Numbered from the stretch's first letter, positions 12,059-23,503 are shown. The stretch: DNA of 64,000 bases from Thermoanaerobaculia bacterium (GCA_963666565.1 OY762911.1:2560001-2624000), one strand, 5' to 3'. Notes: a model not told the origin generated them from the letters alone. Numbers and translations: made by a program.

Positions 12059-12762
12059 GCGCCCCGCGCCTGCTGCTCTTCGCCAGGGCGCCGGTTCCGG
12101 GCCGGGTGAAGACCCGGCTGGTCGCGCCCGGAGGGCTCACGGCGGCCGGCGCCGCTTCGCTCCACCGGGCGCTGGTGGAGGACCTGGGCCGCCGCCTGAG
12201 CGCGGGTCCCTGGCAACTCGTCGCGATGTGGGCGCTGGCGCCGGATGCCCGGCCGCCAAGGGACCTCGTGCCGCCGGGCGTGCCGTGGCGCCGCCAGGAC
12301 GGGCGGGACCTGGGGGAGCGCCTCTACCGTGGCCTCCGTTGGGCGGCCGAGGGCGCCGCCTGCGTGGCGGCGGTGGGCAGCGACCATCCCGATCTCGACT
12401 CCGTGCGCGTGGAGGAGGCCTTCGACGCCCTGGCCGCCGGCCGCGACGCCGTGCTCGGTCCGGCAACGGACGGCGGCTACTACCTGATCGCGCTGCGGCG
12501 GGAGGCGGTCCGGCGGCGGCTGTTCGAGGACGTTGCCTGGAGCACGCCGTCGGTGCTCGCCGGGACTCTCTCCCGTGCCGGTGAACTCGGCCTGGACGTG
12601 TCCCTGCTGCCGGAGGCGCGGGATCTCGACACGGTGGCCGACCTCGTCCGTTTTCGTGAAGAGCTGGAACGGCGGCCCGCGCTGCGGTCGCTCTGCCCGC
12701 GCACGGCCGAGGTTCTCCTCTCGGAGCGCCCGCTGCCAGCGGCCGCCGGGAGCGCCGGGTGA
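12055..12762 (+). CDS. TIGR04282/DUF2064 family glycosyltransferase-like (CofC-like) protein
   Basis: FARAPVPGRVKTRL, QDGRDLGERL, GSDHPDL, LGPATDGGYYLI, WSTPSVL, DLDTVADL. Confidence 0.88.
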   Translation: MSAPRLLLFARAPVPGRVKTRLVAPGGLTAAGAASLHRALVEDLGRRLSAGPWQLVAMWALAPDARPPRDLVPPGVPWRRQDGRDLGERLYRGLRWAAEGAACVAAVGSDHPDLDSVRVEEAFDALAAGRDAVLGPATDGGYYLIALRREAVRRRLFEDVAWSTPSVLAGTLSRAGELGLDVSLLPEARDLDTVADLVRFREELERRPALRSLCPRTAEVLLSERPLPAAAGSAG

Positions 12763-14309
12763 GAGTCGTCACGTCGGACGAGATGCGCGCCGCGGAGGCC
12801 GAGGCGATCGAGGGCCTCGGCGTGCCGGCGATCGTCCTGATGGAGAATGCCGCGCGCGCCGTGGCGGACGCGATCGCCGAGCGCTACCCGCGCGCCCGCC
12901 GGATCGGCATCGCCTGCGGCCGGGGCAACAACGGCGGCGACGGCCTGGCGCTGCTTCGCGACCTCGCGGCGCGCGGCTGCGAGGCCGCGGCGTACGTCGC
13001 CGGGCCGCTCGACCGGCTCAGCGCCGAGGCGGCGGAGCAGCTCGCGGCCTGCGAGCGGCTCGGTCTCCCGGTCCGGTCGGTAGCCGATCCGGCCGCGGAC
13101 GGCTCGGTGAACGAGGAGGTCGACCTCTGGGTCGACGCCCTGCTCGGCACGGGCCTGAACCGGCCGGTCGAGGGTCCGGTGGCGAACTGGGTCGCCTGGC
13201 TCGGGGAGCGGCGCGGCGGCGCGCCGCTGGTGTCGGTCGACGTGCCGACGGGCCTCGACGCCTCGGCGGCGACGCTGCCGGGTCCGCACGTGCGGGCCGA
13301 TCTCACCGTCGCCCTGGGGTTTCCGAAGGTCGCCAACGTGCTGGCGCCGGCCGCGGACGCCGGCGGGCGGCTGTGGATCGGCGATCTCGGCGTGGCGTTG
13401 CCCGAACCGCCGCCGGGTCCGGACGCCCTCTACCGCTCACGCCGGGAAGACCTCGTGGGCCGGCTGCGGACGCGCCGGCGCGACGCGCACAAGGGGACGT
13501 TCGGCCACGTCGTCGTCGCGGGAGGATCGACGGGGTACAGCGGCGCCGCGATCCTGGCGGCGCGAGCGGCGGTCAGGGGCGGCGCCGGGCTGGTGACGGC
13601 GGCCGTGCCGGAGCATCTCGTCGAGGCGGTGGACGCCGGCTCGGTCGAGTCGATGACGTTGGGGATGCCCGCGCAGGGGAAGGGCTGGTCGCGCGACGCC
13701 GTGGAGCATCTGCTGCAGGCGGTCGTCGAGCGCGCGTCGAGCGGCGGCGCCCTGGCGCTCGGCCCGGGCCTCGGGCTCTCCGACGACGCCCGCGCGCTGG
13801 CGCGGGAGGTCGCGGCCCGGAGCGCGGCGCCGGTCGTGCTCGACGCGGACGGCATCTCCGCCTTTGCCGGCGACGCGAACGCGCTCCGTGCGCGCGACGC
13901 CGACCTGGTCGTCACGCCGCATCCCGGAGAACTCGCCCGGCTTCTCGGCGTGCCGACTTCGGCGGTCGTCGAGAACCGCTGGGAGCACGCCCGGCGGGCC
14001 GCCCGCGAGACCGGGGCGGTCGTCGTGCTGAAGGGACGGCAGACCCTGATCTCGGATCCGGCGCTGGGCACCTGGGTCAACCCGACGGGCAATCCGGGCA
14101 TGGCGACCGGCGGCAGCGGCGACGTACTGACGGGCGTCATCGCGGCGCTCCTGGCCCAGGGACTCGATCCGCCGTCGGCGGCGCGGCTGGGCGTCTACGT
14201 CCACGGCCTGTCCGGCGACCTGGCGGCGAAGCGCTGGGGCGAGATCTCGATGGCCGCCAGCGACCTGGTGGACGAGCTCGGGGCGGCCTTCCGGTCGCTG
14301 GAGGCATGA
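12759..14309 (+). CDS. nnr: Bifunctional NAD(P)H-hydrate epimerase/dehydratase (YjeF)
   Basis: LMENAARAVA, GRGNNGGDG, DALLGTG, HKGTFG, TPHPGE, GMATGGSGDVLTG. Confidence 0.95.
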   Translation: MRVVTSDEMRAAEAEAIEGLGVPAIVLMENAARAVADAIAERYPRARRIGIACGRGNNGGDGLALLRDLAARGCEAAAYVAGPLDRLSAEAAEQLAACERLGLPVRSVADPAADGSVNEEVDLWVDALLGTGLNRPVEGPVANWVAWLGERRGGAPLVSVDVPTGLDASAATLPGPHVRADLTVALGFPKVANVLAPAADAGGRLWIGDLGVALPEPPPGPDALYRSRREDLVGRLRTRRRDAHKGTFGHVVVAGGSTGYSGAAILAARAAVRGGAGLVTAAVPEHLVEAVDAGSVESMTLGMPAQGKGWSRDAVEHLLQAVVERASSGGALALGPGLGLSDDARALAREVAARSAAPVVLDADGISAFAGDANALRARDADLVVTPHPGELARLLGVPTSAVVENRWEHARRAARETGAVVVLKGRQTLISDPALGTWVNPTGNPGMATGGSGDVLTGVIAALLAQGLDPPSAARLGVYVHGLSGDLAAKRWGEISMAASDLVDELGAAFRSLEA

Positions 14310-14761
14310 TCGTCTGCACCGGCAGCGCCGAGGAGACGCGGGGCCTCGGCGTCGAGCTGGCGAAGCGCCTCCTGCCCGACGGCACGGCCCTCCTGTTCGG
14401 CGATCTCGGTGCGGGCAAGACCGTGCTGACCCAGGGGATCGCGGAAGGGCTCGGGCTGGACGCCTCCCAGGTCCAGTCGCCGACGTTCACCCTGATTCAC
14501 GAATACGACCGGGGCGCCCGCTCCGGCCGGGGACACACGCGGCTCGTCCACATCGACTTGTACCGGCTGGAACCGGACGAGGTGGACGCGATCGGCGTGG
14601 ACGAGTTTCTGGCCGGGGACGGGGTCAAGGTGGTGGAGTGGGCGGACCGCCTGCCGCAACCGCCGTCCGGCCTCGAAGTGCGGATGCGAACGGGGGCGGG
14701 TCCGGAGGAACGGGAGATCGAGATCGCCTCGCGGGGAACCGGCCGCCTGCCGGGTGCCTGA
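14306..14761 (+). CDS. tsaE: tRNA threonylcarbamoyladenosine biosynthesis ATPase TsaE
   Basis: GDLGAGKT, QSPTFTLIHEY, HIDLYRL, VEWAD. Follows nnr as usual. Confidence 0.93.
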   Translation: MIVCTGSAEETRGLGVELAKRLLPDGTALLFGDLGAGKTVLTQGIAEGLGLDASQVQSPTFTLIHEYDRGARSGRGHTRLVHIDLYRLEPDEVDAIGVDEFLAGDGVKVVEWADRLPQPPSGLEVRMRTGAGPEEREIEIASRGTGRLPGA

Positions 14762-14870
14762 CCCGCTGCCGCCGAAGGCGGCCAGGAAGTCGCGCCCGGC
14801 GGCCAACTGTTAGGGTGCCGCCTCTGCCCGAACGGGCGCTGCGAACGACAAGAACGAGAAGGAAGAACCG

Positions 14871-15722
14871 ATGGAAGTGGAACGCGTAGGGCTGGTCGGC
14901 TGCGGTCTGATGGGCCGGGGCATCGCGGAGATCTGCGCGCGGGCCGGCATCCCGGTCACGGTGCGCGAGATCGACCGGGAGACGCTCGACAAGGGGCTCG
15001 GCGCGGTGCGCGCGTCCCTGGCGAAGAGCCTCGAACGGCGGCGCATCGATGTCGAGGAACACGACCGGGCACTGGCCAACCTGACCGGCACCGTCGAACT
15101 GTCCGATCTCGCCGGCGCCGACCTGGCGGTGGAGGCGATCGTCGAGGATCTGGAGACGAAGCGCGAGCTGTTCGTCGCGCTCGACGGCATCGTCGGCGAC
15201 GGCTGCATCTTCGCCAGCAACACGTCCTCGCTGACCCTGACCCAGCTCGCCGCCTCGACGGCGCGGCCCGACCGCTTCGTGGGGCTCCATTTCTTCAACC
15301 CCGTGCCGGCGATGCGGCTGGTCGAGGTGGTGCGGACCCTGATGACCTCGGACGAGGCCTACGACGCCTGCTGGCGCCTGGCCGAGCGGGTCGGCAAGAC
15401 GCCGGTCGCCTGCGGCGACAACTCCGGGTTCATCGTCAACCGGTTGCTGATCCCGTACCTTCTCGATGCCGTCCGCGCCTACGAGAGCGGCGTCGGCAGC
15501 ATGGAGGACATCGACACGGCGATGAAGCTCGGCTGCGGCTATCCGATGGGGCCCTTCACGTTGAGCGACTTCATCGGGCTGGACACGATGTACTCCGTCG
15601 CCAACATCATGTTCGACGAGTACCGGGAGACGCGCTTCGCGCCGCCGACCCTGTTGAAGCAACTGGTGCAGGCGGGACACCTGGGGCGCAAGACGGGCAA
15701 GGGCTTCTTTGACTACCGCTGA
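14871..15722 (+). CDS. 3-hydroxybutyryl-CoA (3-hydroxyacyl-CoA) dehydrogenase
   Basis: GCGLMGRGIA, EAIVE, ASNTSS, GLHFFNP, GFIVNRLL, PMGPF. Confidence 0.93.
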   Translation: MEVERVGLVGCGLMGRGIAEICARAGIPVTVREIDRETLDKGLGAVRASLAKSLERRRIDVEEHDRALANLTGTVELSDLAGADLAVEAIVEDLETKRELFVALDGIVGDGCIFASNTSSLTLTQLAASTARPDRFVGLHFFNPVPAMRLVEVVRTLMTSDEAYDACWRLAERVGKTPVACGDNSGFIVNRLLIPYLLDAVRAYESGVGSMEDIDTAMKLGCGYPMGPFTLSDFIGLDTMYSVANIMFDEYRETRFAPPTLLKQLVQAGHLGRKTGKGFFDYR

Positions 15723-16716
15723 ACCGGCGGCGCGGGCCAGAGGGCAGGTGACGCTGCCCGAGGAATCGGTGCGGGCGATCTGCGGCGCCCACGACGAGAA
15801 TCTGCGCCGGGTGGAGAAGGCGCTCGACGTCACTCTCGGGGTCCGCGGCGCCGCGGTGCAGATCCGGGGCGCCGCCCAGGCCGTGGGCGCGGCCGAGCGG
15901 CTGCTGACCGACCTCGGCGCCCTGGCGGCCGGGGGCCGGCGTCTCCGCCCCGACGACCTGGCCACCGCCTTGCGGGTCGTGGCCGAGGAGCCCGCGACCT
16001 CCCTGGTCGACTTCTTCCGGACGGGCGCCCTGATCCAGGCCTCGCGGCGGCTGGTGGCGCCGCGCAGCCTGAACCAGAAGCGCTACCTCCGCGCTATGCT
16101 GGACCATGAACTGGTCATCTCGACCGGGCCGGCCGGCACCGGCAAAACCTACCTGGCGGTGGCGGTCGCGGCGTCGGCGCTGAAGGAGCAGAAGGTGCGG
16201 CGCATCGTGCTCGCCAGGCCCGCCGTCGAGGCGGGCGAGAAGCTCGGCTTCCTGCCCGGCGACCTGGCGGAGAAGGTCAATCCGTACCTGCGGCCGCTCT
16301 ACGATGCCCTCTTCGACATCATCGGTTTCGACAAGGTGTCCCGGATGATGGAACGCGAGGTGATCGAGGTGGCGCCGCTCGCCTTCATGCGCGGCCGCTC
16401 GCTGAACGACAGCTTCATCATCCTCGACGAGGCGCAGAACACGACGCCCGAGCAGATGAAGATGTTCCTGACCCGCATCGGCTTCAACTCGAAGGCCGTG
16501 GTCAACGGCGACATCACCCAGATCGACCTGCCGCCCGGGCAGCAGTCCGGCCTGAAGCACGCGCTCCAGGTGCTCCGGGGCGAGGACGGCATCGAGTTCG
16601 TGCGCTTCGGGCGCTCCGACGTGGTCCGGCACGAACTCGTGCAGCGGATCGTCGGGGCCTACGACCGCTGGGAGGCGCGTCACGGCGACCGCTCCCGGGA
16701 CGAGGACGGCCGGTGA
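15709..16716 (+). CDS. phoH: PhoH-family ATPase (YbeZ)
   Basis: [46 protein letters not shown]. Confidence 0.95.
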   Translation: MTTAEPAARARGQVTLPEESVRAICGAHDENLRRVEKALDVTLGVRGAAVQIRGAAQAVGAAERLLTDLGALAAGGRRLRPDDLATALRVVAEEPATSLVDFFRTGALIQASRRLVAPRSLNQKRYLRAMLDHELVISTGPAGTGKTYLAVAVAASALKEQKVRRIVLARPAVEAGEKLGFLPGDLAEKVNPYLRPLYDALFDIIGFDKVSRMMEREVIEVAPLAFMRGRSLNDSFIILDEAQNTTPEQMKMFLTRIGFNSKAVVNGDITQIDLPPGQQSGLKHALQVLRGEDGIEFVRFGRSDVVRHELVQRIVGAYDRWEARHGDRSRDEDGR

Positions 16717-19136
16717 GCGCGGCGATCAGGGCGCCGAGGCGCAGCCGGTCGGTCCGCAGGCGGGAGGCCCGCAAGCGGCTCCGCCGCAGCATGTACCGGC
16801 GCCACGGCGACCGCCTCACGGTCGCCGGCCTGTGGCACTACGCGCTGGAACTGGACGCCGTCTGGATCGCGCTCCTGGTCGTGGCCGGGGTCTGGATCAT
16901 GGCCCCGCCGGGCGTGTTCTTCGGACCCGATCTGGCGGAGGGGGACATTGCGACCCGCGACTACCACGCGACCCGCGACGTGCTGCTGCTCGACGAGGCG
17001 ACTTCCGAGGAACTGAAGGAGCGGGCCCGCTCCGACGTGCGGCCGCTCTACGACTTCGACGCCGAGCAGGCGGACGAGGTCGAGACCCGGATCGCGAACC
17101 TGTTCGAGATCGAGCGCGGGTTCGACGACGACGGGGTGGCCGAGCTCCTGCCCGAGGAGGAGGCGGCCGAGGAACGCCTGCGGCGGCTGCGGGTCGGAAG
17201 CGGCCTGCGGGTCGACGAAAACCACGCGGACCTGCTGGCGGTTCGCGTCGGCGGCGAGGACGGCGGCGCGGAGCTGGAGGAGCGCCTGACGCGCCTGGCG
17301 GGGCTGCTCCTGCGGGCCGGGATCGTCGAGAACAAGGAGACCCTGCTCCAGAACCGTCTCGAGGGCGTCACGCTGCACAACATGAAGACGGGCGAGGAGT
17401 CGGTCCAGTTCGACCTCTTCGGCTACCGCGGCTATCCGGTCGAAGTGGAGGCCTACCTGGAGGCGGAGGTCGGCCGCTGGGCGGGCTGGTCGCGGGCCGA
17501 CCGGGCCACCGTCGTCGACTTCCTGATGGTCAACCTGGCGCCCAACGTCTACCTCAACCTGAACGAGACCGAGGAGCGTCGGACCGCCGCGGCGGAGGAC
17601 GTCGGGCCGGTCTTCAACCAGATCCGTGCCGGCCAGGTCATCGTGCGCAACGGCGACGAGGTCGACGCGGAGGCGATGCGCCTGCTTGGCGAGCTGACCG
17701 GCAGCGAGAGCAACCTGTCGGTGCTCCGCTCGCCGCTGGCCTCGGCCCTGGTGCTCGGCCTCGCGGCGGCGTTCCTGTGGGTGGCGTTCCGGCGCAAGCG
17801 CCTGGTCGCGGTCGAGGGCCGCCACTTCGGCAGCGTCGTCCTGATTCTCGTGCTGGGCCTGGCGGCGACCCGGTTCGGCTTCCTCGTCGCCGATGCCCTC
17901 GCCGCCTCGTTCCCGGTGGAGGCCCTGAGTTCGGCGCGGAGCTACGTGTTCGCGATCCCCTTCGCGGCGGTGTCGCTGCTCGTCTCGGTGCTCTACGGCC
18001 GGGGCGCCGGCCTGCTCGCCGGCGTCGTCTTCTCCGTCCTGGTCGGCCGGCTGGGCTGGCTGGAGGCGGCGAACGCGCAGCTCGGGCTGGCGGGCGGCAC
18101 GATGCTCTACTGCCTGACCGGCAGCCTCGCCGCGGTGTTCGCCCTCGACCAGTTGAAGCAGCGGTCGGCGGTGACGAGGGCGGGTCTGCTGGTCGGACTC
18201 GTCAACGTCGCCTCGGTGACGACGCTGACCTTGCTCGGGGACGGCGCGACGGTCGTCGTCTGGGGGTTCGAGGCGCTCTGCGGGATCCTGGGCGGCCTGA
18301 TGGTGGCGGCGGCGGTCAGCTTCGCCGTTCCGGTGTTCGAGGCGATGCTGTTCCGCACGACCGACATCAAGCTGCTGGAACTCTCGGACACGAACCTGCC
18401 GCTGCTCCAGCGCCTGGCCTTCGAGGCGCCGGGGACGTTCCAGCACTCCCTGATGGTCGCCCACCTGGCCAAGGCCTGCTGCGAGGCGGTGGGCGGGAAC
18501 CCCACGCTGGCCTACGTCGGCGGTCTGTACCACGACATCGGCAAGGTGCTGCGGCCGGGGTACTTCGTGGAGAACCAGCGCGAGGGCGACAATCCGCACG
18601 ATGGCCTTCCGCCCTCCGCGTCCGCCGCGATCATCATGGACCACGTGACGCAAGGAGTCCGGCTGGCGCGGGAGAACCGGCTGCCGCAGCCGATCGTCGA
18701 CGCGATCGAGCAGCACCACGGCACCCGCAAGCTGGGCTTCTTCCTGGCCAGGGCGAAGGAGCAGGCGGCGCCGGCCGAACAGGTCAACGAGTACGAGTAT
18801 CGCTATCCGGGCCCGATGCCTCGGAGCAAGACGATGGCGGCGGTCATGGTCGCCGACACCGTCGAGGCCGCGAGCCGCACCCTCGGGGACTACTCCGAGG
18901 AGTCGATCCGGGCCCTGGTCGAGCGGCTCCTGGACGACATCCTCGACGACGGCCAGTTCGGCCAGACGGGCCTGACGCTCGCCGACCTGCGGCGCATGCG
19001 CTACACCCTGCAGAACGTCCTGAAGACGGTACACCACCATCGGGTGGACTACCCGGAGTTCGACTTCGGGCAGGGCGGCCGCGGCGCGTTGCGGGTGCTG
19101 CCCGGCGGCGCCGGCGGCGGGCCGGGCGGCGACTGA
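16713..19136 (+). CDS. 7TM-HDIG membrane HD-family phosphohydrolase (PgpH-like)
   Basis: Extracellular domain, ~7 TM helices, then [39 protein letters not shown]. Confidence 0.9.
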   Translation: MSAAIRAPRRSRSVRRREARKRLRRSMYRRHGDRLTVAGLWHYALELDAVWIALLVVAGVWIMAPPGVFFGPDLAEGDIATRDYHATRDVLLLDEATSEELKERARSDVRPLYDFDAEQADEVETRIANLFEIERGFDDDGVAELLPEEEAAEERLRRLRVGSGLRVDENHADLLAVRVGGEDGGAELEERLTRLAGLLLRAGIVENKETLLQNRLEGVTLHNMKTGEESVQFDLFGYRGYPVEVEAYLEAEVGRWAGWSRADRATVVDFLMVNLAPNVYLNLNETEERRTAAAEDVGPVFNQIRAGQVIVRNGDEVDAEAMRLLGELTGSESNLSVLRSPLASALVLGLAAAFLWVAFRRKRLVAVEGRHFGSVVLILVLGLAATRFGFLVADALAASFPVEALSSARSYVFAIPFAAVSLLVSVLYGRGAGLLAGVVFSVLVGRLGWLEAANAQLGLAGGTMLYCLTGSLAAVFALDQLKQRSAVTRAGLLVGLVNVASVTTLTLLGDGATVVVWGFEALCGILGGLMVAAAVSFAVPVFEAMLFRTTDIKLLELSDTNLPLLQRLAFEAPGTFQHSLMVAHLAKACCEAVGGNPTLAYVGGLYHDIGKVLRPGYFVENQREGDNPHDGLPPSASAAIIMDHVTQGVRLARENRLPQPIVDAIEQHHGTRKLGFFLARAKEQAAPAEQVNEYEYRYPGPMPRSKTMAAVMVADTVEAASRTLGDYSEESIRALVERLLDDILDDGQFGQTGLTLADLRRMRYTLQNVLKTVHHHRVDYPEFDFGQGGRGALRVLPGGAGGGPGGD

Positions 19137-19144
19137 AGCCGGCG

Positions 19145-20488
19145 GTGGCGACCATCGACCTGCAGGTCGCGGCGGCGGTGGAGGACCGTTGCCGCGAGTG
19201 CCTCTCCGGCCTCCGCGCGATGACGGCCGAGGTCGTCGCCGAACTGGCGCCGGCGGCGACGCTCGCCGTCCGGCTGGTGGACGACGCCGAGATACGGGAA
19301 CTGAACCGCCGCTACCGGCGGATCGACGAGCCGACGGACGTGCTGTCCTTCCCGGGCGAAGAGACCCCGGAGGGGCGGCACCTGGGCGACGTTGTCATCT
19401 CGGTCGAGACCGCGGCCTCGCGGGCCGAGGGGACTCTCGAGCGGGAGCTCGGGGTCCTGGCCCTGCACGGCATCCTGCACTGCCTGGGTCACGACCACGA
19501 GACGGACGACGGCGAGATGGAGGCTCTGGAAACCCGGCTGCGGGCCCGGTTCCTGGGGCCGCGCGAGGCGCCGGGAACCGAACGCGAGGTTCCGCTGGCC
19601 GAAAGGGCCGGCACGGTGGCCCTCGTGGGCCGGCCGAACGCCGGCAAGTCGACGCTGATGAACCGGATGCTGGGCGAGAAGCTGGCCATCGTCTCGGACA
19701 AGCCGCAGACCACGCGCCACCGGCTGATCGGCATCCTGAGCACGGACCGCGGCCAGATGGTGTTCCACGACACGCCCGGCCTGCACCGGCCGCTGCACCG
19801 CCTGAACCGGCGCATGGTCCACGCCGCCTCGGCCGCGCTCAGGGAGGCCGACGTGGTGTGCCTGCTCCGCGACGCGGCGACTCCGTTCGGCCGGGGCGAC
19901 GCCTACGCTCTCGACCTCGTCGCCGCGGCGGCCGCCGAGCGGCCCAGGCCGATGGTCTGCCTGCTGAACAAGATCGATCTGATCTCCAAGCCCCGGCTCC
20001 TGCCTGAGATCGAGCGCTACGCCGGCCGCGGCGTGTTCGAGGAGATCGTGCCGGTTTCGGCGCTTACCGGCGACGGAGTCGGCGACCTGCTCGAACTGCT
20101 CTGGCGGCATCTGCCGGCCGGGACGCCGCGGCACGACCCGGAACTGCTGACCGTCCACACCGAGCGCTTCCTCGTCGCGGAGACGATCCGCGAGAAGGTC
20201 CTGGAACGGACGCGGGACGAACTGCCCTTCACCACGGCGGTGGTCGTCGAGGCCTGGGAGGACGGCGAGAAGCGGACGGACCTCCTGGCGAGCATCCTCG
20301 TCGACCGGGAGAGCCACAAGGGGATCGTCGTCGGCCGCGGAGGGAAACGGATCAAGGAGATCGGCACGGCGGCGCGCCGCGACCTGGAGGCGTTCCTGGA
20401 GCGGCGCGTGTACCTGGAGCTGCGGGTGCGCGCGGCGCCCGGATGGCGCGAGGACGCGGCGGTCCTGAGCCGTCTGGAGACCGGCTAG
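19145..20488 (+). CDS. ybeY-era: YbeY endoribonuclease - Era GTPase fusion protein
   Basis: One uninterrupted frame. YbeY part: LNRRYR..DEPTDVLSF, LGDVVIS, HGILHCLGHDH. Era part: GRPNAGKST, KPQTTR, DTPG, NKID, SAL, KH domain with GRGGKRIKEIG. Confidence 0.9.
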   Translation: MATIDLQVAAAVEDRCRECLSGLRAMTAEVVAELAPAATLAVRLVDDAEIRELNRRYRRIDEPTDVLSFPGEETPEGRHLGDVVISVETAASRAEGTLERELGVLALHGILHCLGHDHETDDGEMEALETRLRARFLGPREAPGTEREVPLAERAGTVALVGRPNAGKSTLMNRMLGEKLAIVSDKPQTTRHRLIGILSTDRGQMVFHDTPGLHRPLHRLNRRMVHAASAALREADVVCLLRDAATPFGRGDAYALDLVAAAAAERPRPMVCLLNKIDLISKPRLLPEIERYAGRGVFEEIVPVSALTGDGVGDLLELLWRHLPAGTPRHDPELLTVHTERFLVAETIREKVLERTRDELPFTTAVVVEAWEDGEKRTDLLASILVDRESHKGIVVGRGGKRIKEIGTAARRDLEAFLERRVYLELRVRAAPGWREDAAVLSRLETG

Positions 20489-20636
20489 GCGCGCCCGCGG
20501 CTTGCCTAGCTCATGGTCTCGCTGATAGACACGCCTCCACGGCGTTTCGTGTTCGAGCGTTGCGGCCGGGAGGCGTCCCGGCGACAGCAGATTTCGCGCG
20601 GCAGGTCCGCGGCAAGGAACAGCAAAGGAGAACTTC

Positions 20637-22058
20637 ATGTCAGAGGCAAGCCCCAAGTCGATCGTCGACCGGATCCGGGAGGAGGGGTTCCAGATCGTCG
20701 ACTTTCGTTTCACGGACTTTCCCGGCTTGTGGCAGCACTTCTCGGTGCCGGCCAGCGAGGTCGATGAGGACACCTTCGAGGACGGGCTCGGGTTCGACGG
20801 TTCGAGCATCCGCGGCTGGCAGGTGATCAACGAGTCGGACATGCTGGTGGTGCCGGATCCCGGCACGGCGTTCGTCGATCCGTACTTCGAGCACAAGACG
20901 CTCGTTCTCACCTGCGACATCGTCGATCCGATCACCCGCGAGAGTTACGGCCGCGACCCGCGCGGCGTCGCCAGGGCCGCGGAGGCCTACGTCCAGGCGA
21001 CGGGCCTCGCCGACACGGCCTACTTCGGACCCGAGGCGGAGTTCTTCATCTTCGACGACGTGCGCTTCGACGGCGGCCCGAACTTCGGCTTCTACGAGGT
21101 CGACTCGATCGAGGGCCGCTGGAACAGCGGGGCCGACGAAGGCCCGAACCTCGGCTACAAGCCCCGTTTCAAGGAGGGCTACTTCCCGGTGCCGCCGACC
21201 GACAAGCACCAGGACATGCGAAGCGAGATGATCCTGATCATGGAGGAGCTCGGTCTCAATCCCGAGTGCCAGCATCACGAAGTCGGCACCGGCGGCCAGG
21301 CCGAGATCGACCTGCGGTTCGCTCCGCTCGTCGAGATGGCGGACGCGATGATGCTCTACAAGTACATCATCAAGAACACGGCCGCCCGGCACGGCAAGAC
21401 GGTCACCTTCATGCCCAAGCCCCTGTTCGAGGACAACGGCAGCGGCATGCACACTCACCTCTCGCTCTGGAAGGACGGCGTGCCCCTGTTCGCCGGCGAC
21501 GGCTACGCCGGCCTCTCCGACATGGCGATGCACGCGATCGGCGGCCTGCTCAAGCACGCGCCGGCCCTGCTCGCCTTCACGAACCCGACGACGAACAGCT
21601 ACAAGCGGCTGGTGCCGGGCTTCGAGGCGCCGGTCAACCTGGTGTACTCGCAGCGCAACCGGAGCGCGGCGGTGCGGATCCCGATGTACTCGCCCTCGCC
21701 GAAGGCGAAGCGGGTCGAGTTCCGTTGCCCCGACCCGAGCTGCAACCCGTACCTGGCGTTCGCGGCGCTCCTGATGGCGGCGCTCGACGGCATCCAGAAC
21801 GAGATCGATCCGGGCAGTTCGCTCGACGTCGACATCTACGATCTGTCGCCGGAGGAGAGCCAGGGCGTGCCGACCACGCCGGCGACGCTCGACGAGGCTC
21901 TCGACGCCCTCGAGGAGGACCACGAGTTCCTCACCGCGGGCGGCGTCTTCGACGAGGACGTGATCGAGAACCACATCGCGTACAAGCGCGAGAGCGAGTG
22001 CCAGGAGGTGGCGCTGCGGCCGCATCCGCACGAGTTCGCGCTGTACTACGACATCTAG
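20637..22058 (+). CDS. glnA: Glutamine synthetase type I
   Basis: [67 protein letters not shown]. Confidence 0.98.
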   Translation: MSEASPKSIVDRIREEGFQIVDFRFTDFPGLWQHFSVPASEVDEDTFEDGLGFDGSSIRGWQVINESDMLVVPDPGTAFVDPYFEHKTLVLTCDIVDPITRESYGRDPRGVARAAEAYVQATGLADTAYFGPEAEFFIFDDVRFDGGPNFGFYEVDSIEGRWNSGADEGPNLGYKPRFKEGYFPVPPTDKHQDMRSEMILIMEELGLNPECQHHEVGTGGQAEIDLRFAPLVEMADAMMLYKYIIKNTAARHGKTVTFMPKPLFEDNGSGMHTHLSLWKDGVPLFAGDGYAGLSDMAMHAIGGLLKHAPALLAFTNPTTNSYKRLVPGFEAPVNLVYSQRNRSAAVRIPMYSPSPKAKRVEFRCPDPSCNPYLAFAALLMAALDGIQNEIDPGSSLDVDIYDLSPEESQGVPTTPATLDEALDALEEDHEFLTAGGVFDEDVIENHIAYKRESECQEVALRPHPHEFALYYDI

Positions 22059-22156
22059 GCGCCGGCGCTGCGACTTGCCGCGCCGATCCGCGTGAACCGG
22101 CCGCCGGCAGGAGCGTCGCGCCCTGCCGGCGGCGCAGCCAGCCAGGGAGGCCTCTC

Positions 22157-23503
22157 GTGCATGGCATAGCGATTCGCATCTTCGGTGTCGTCCTGGGTCT
22201 GGCGCTGGCGGCGCCGGCAGCGGCCGACGACTGGCCGCAGTGGCGGGGCGCCGACCGCTCCGGCGAGTGGCGCGAGGACGGCATCCTCGAGCAGTTCCCG
22301 GAGGACGGCCTCGACGTCGTCTGGCGCACGCCGATCGACGGCGGCTACTCGGGGCCTTCGGTGGCCGACGGCCGCGTCTTCATCACCGACTGGCGGCCCA
22401 AGGAGGGCTCGCGGATCAAGGAGGGCTTCGAGCGGGCCCTGGCGCTGGACGAGGAAACCGGCGAAGTCCTCTGGACCCACGAGTGGGAGGTCGGCTACGC
22501 GCCGCTCCAGGCGAGCTACGCGATCGGCCCGCGGGCGACGCCGACGGTCGACGGCGATCGGGTGTACATGGCCGGCGCGGTCGGCCACGTCCTGGCGTTC
22601 GAGGCCGCCACCGGCGAGGTGATCTGGTCCTACGACGCGCAGGAGGAGGGCGACGCCAGCGTCGCGATCTGGGGCTTCTCCAGCTCGCCGCTCGTCCATC
22701 GCGACCTGCTGATCGCCGTGGTCGGCGCCGAACCGGACGGCAAGGTGATGGCCTTCGACAAGCGTACCGGCGAGGAGGTGTGGCGCGCGCTTTCGTCGAA
22801 CTGGGAACCGGGCTACGGCCAGCCGCTCCTCGTCGAGCGCGGCGGCGTGGAGCAGCTCGTCATCTGGGAGCCGCAGGGGGTCAACTCGCTCAATCCGCGG
22901 ACCGGCGAGGTGTACTGGACGGTGCCCTGGGAGGGCGCGTCGTCGCTCACCGTGGCGACGCCGGTGGTCCACGACAACCGGTTGTTTCTGACTCAGTTCT
23001 ACCGCGGCTCGCTGATGCTCGAGTTCGACCGCGAGAAGCCCGCGGTGCGCGAGATCTGGCGCGGCCAGGGCCGGAGCGAACTGCCGGACCGGACGGAGGG
23101 CCTGCACTCGCTGATCACGACGCCGATTTTCGAGGGCGACACGATCTACGGCGTCTGCAGCTACGGCGAGCTGCGAGGGCTCAACGCCGCCGACGGCGCC
23201 CGGCTGTGGGTCACCGACCGGATGACGCGCCAGGGCCGGTGGGGCGCCGCCTTCATGGTGAAGCACGGCGACCGCTGGTTCGTCAACAACGACGAGGGCT
23301 ACCTGATCATCGCGCGCTTCTCCCGGGACGGCTACGAGGAAATCGACCGCGCGAAGCTGTTGAAGCCGACAGCCAATGCCGGCTTCGGTCCCCAGCGATT
23401 CGGAGAGGCGATGGTCAACTGGTCGCATCCGGCCTACGCCAACCGCCACATCGTCGCCCGCAACGACGAGGAGATCATCCGCGTGTCCCTCGCCGCGAAG
23501 TGA
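22157..23503 (+). CDS. Secreted PQQ-binding-like beta-propeller protein
   Basis: GGAGG RBS, signal peptide, DWPQWRG and repeated 'ALD..TGEVLW' propeller motifs. Confidence 0.85.
   Translation: MHGIAIRIFGVVLGLALAAPAAADDWPQWRGADRSGEWREDGILEQFPEDGLDVVWRTPIDGGYSGPSVADGRVFITDWRPKEGSRIKEGFERALALDEETGEVLWTHEWEVGYAPLQASYAIGPRATPTVDGDRVYMAGAVGHVLAFEAATGEVIWSYDAQEEGDASVAIWGFSSSPLVHRDLLIAVVGAEPDGKVMAFDKRTGEEVWRALSSNWEPGYGQPLLVERGGVEQLVIWEPQGVNSLNPRTGEVYWTVPWEGASSLTVATPVVHDNRLFLTQFYRGSLMLEFDREKPAVREIWRGQGRSELPDRTEGLHSLITTPIFEGDTIYGVCSYGELRGLNAADGARLWVTDRMTRQGRWGAAFMVKHGDRWFVNNDEGYLIIARFSRDGYEEIDRAKLLKPTANAGFGPQRFGEAMVNWSHPAYANRHIVARNDEEIIRVSLAAK

Noticed and set aside
16832-19144. Long N-terminal extension of the YbeY-Era ORF (1218 aa)
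   Set aside because: Arg/Gly/Pro-rich alternative frame over the HD phosphohydrolase. The plausible start is GTG 19145.
20484-20636. Hairpin (GCTAGGC...GCCTAGC) and possible sigma54 site or riboswitch upstream of glnA
   Set aside because: No convincing TGGCAC-N5-TTGC match or recognisable RNA motif, and the hairpin lacks a U-tract.
20640-22031. 463-aa antisense ORF spanning glnA, and similar long antisense ORFs opposite guaA, the VWA gene, drmA, drmD and the amidohydrolases
   Set aside because: Shadow ORFs expected from high-GC codon bias. They show no recognisable motifs and mirror well-supported genes.
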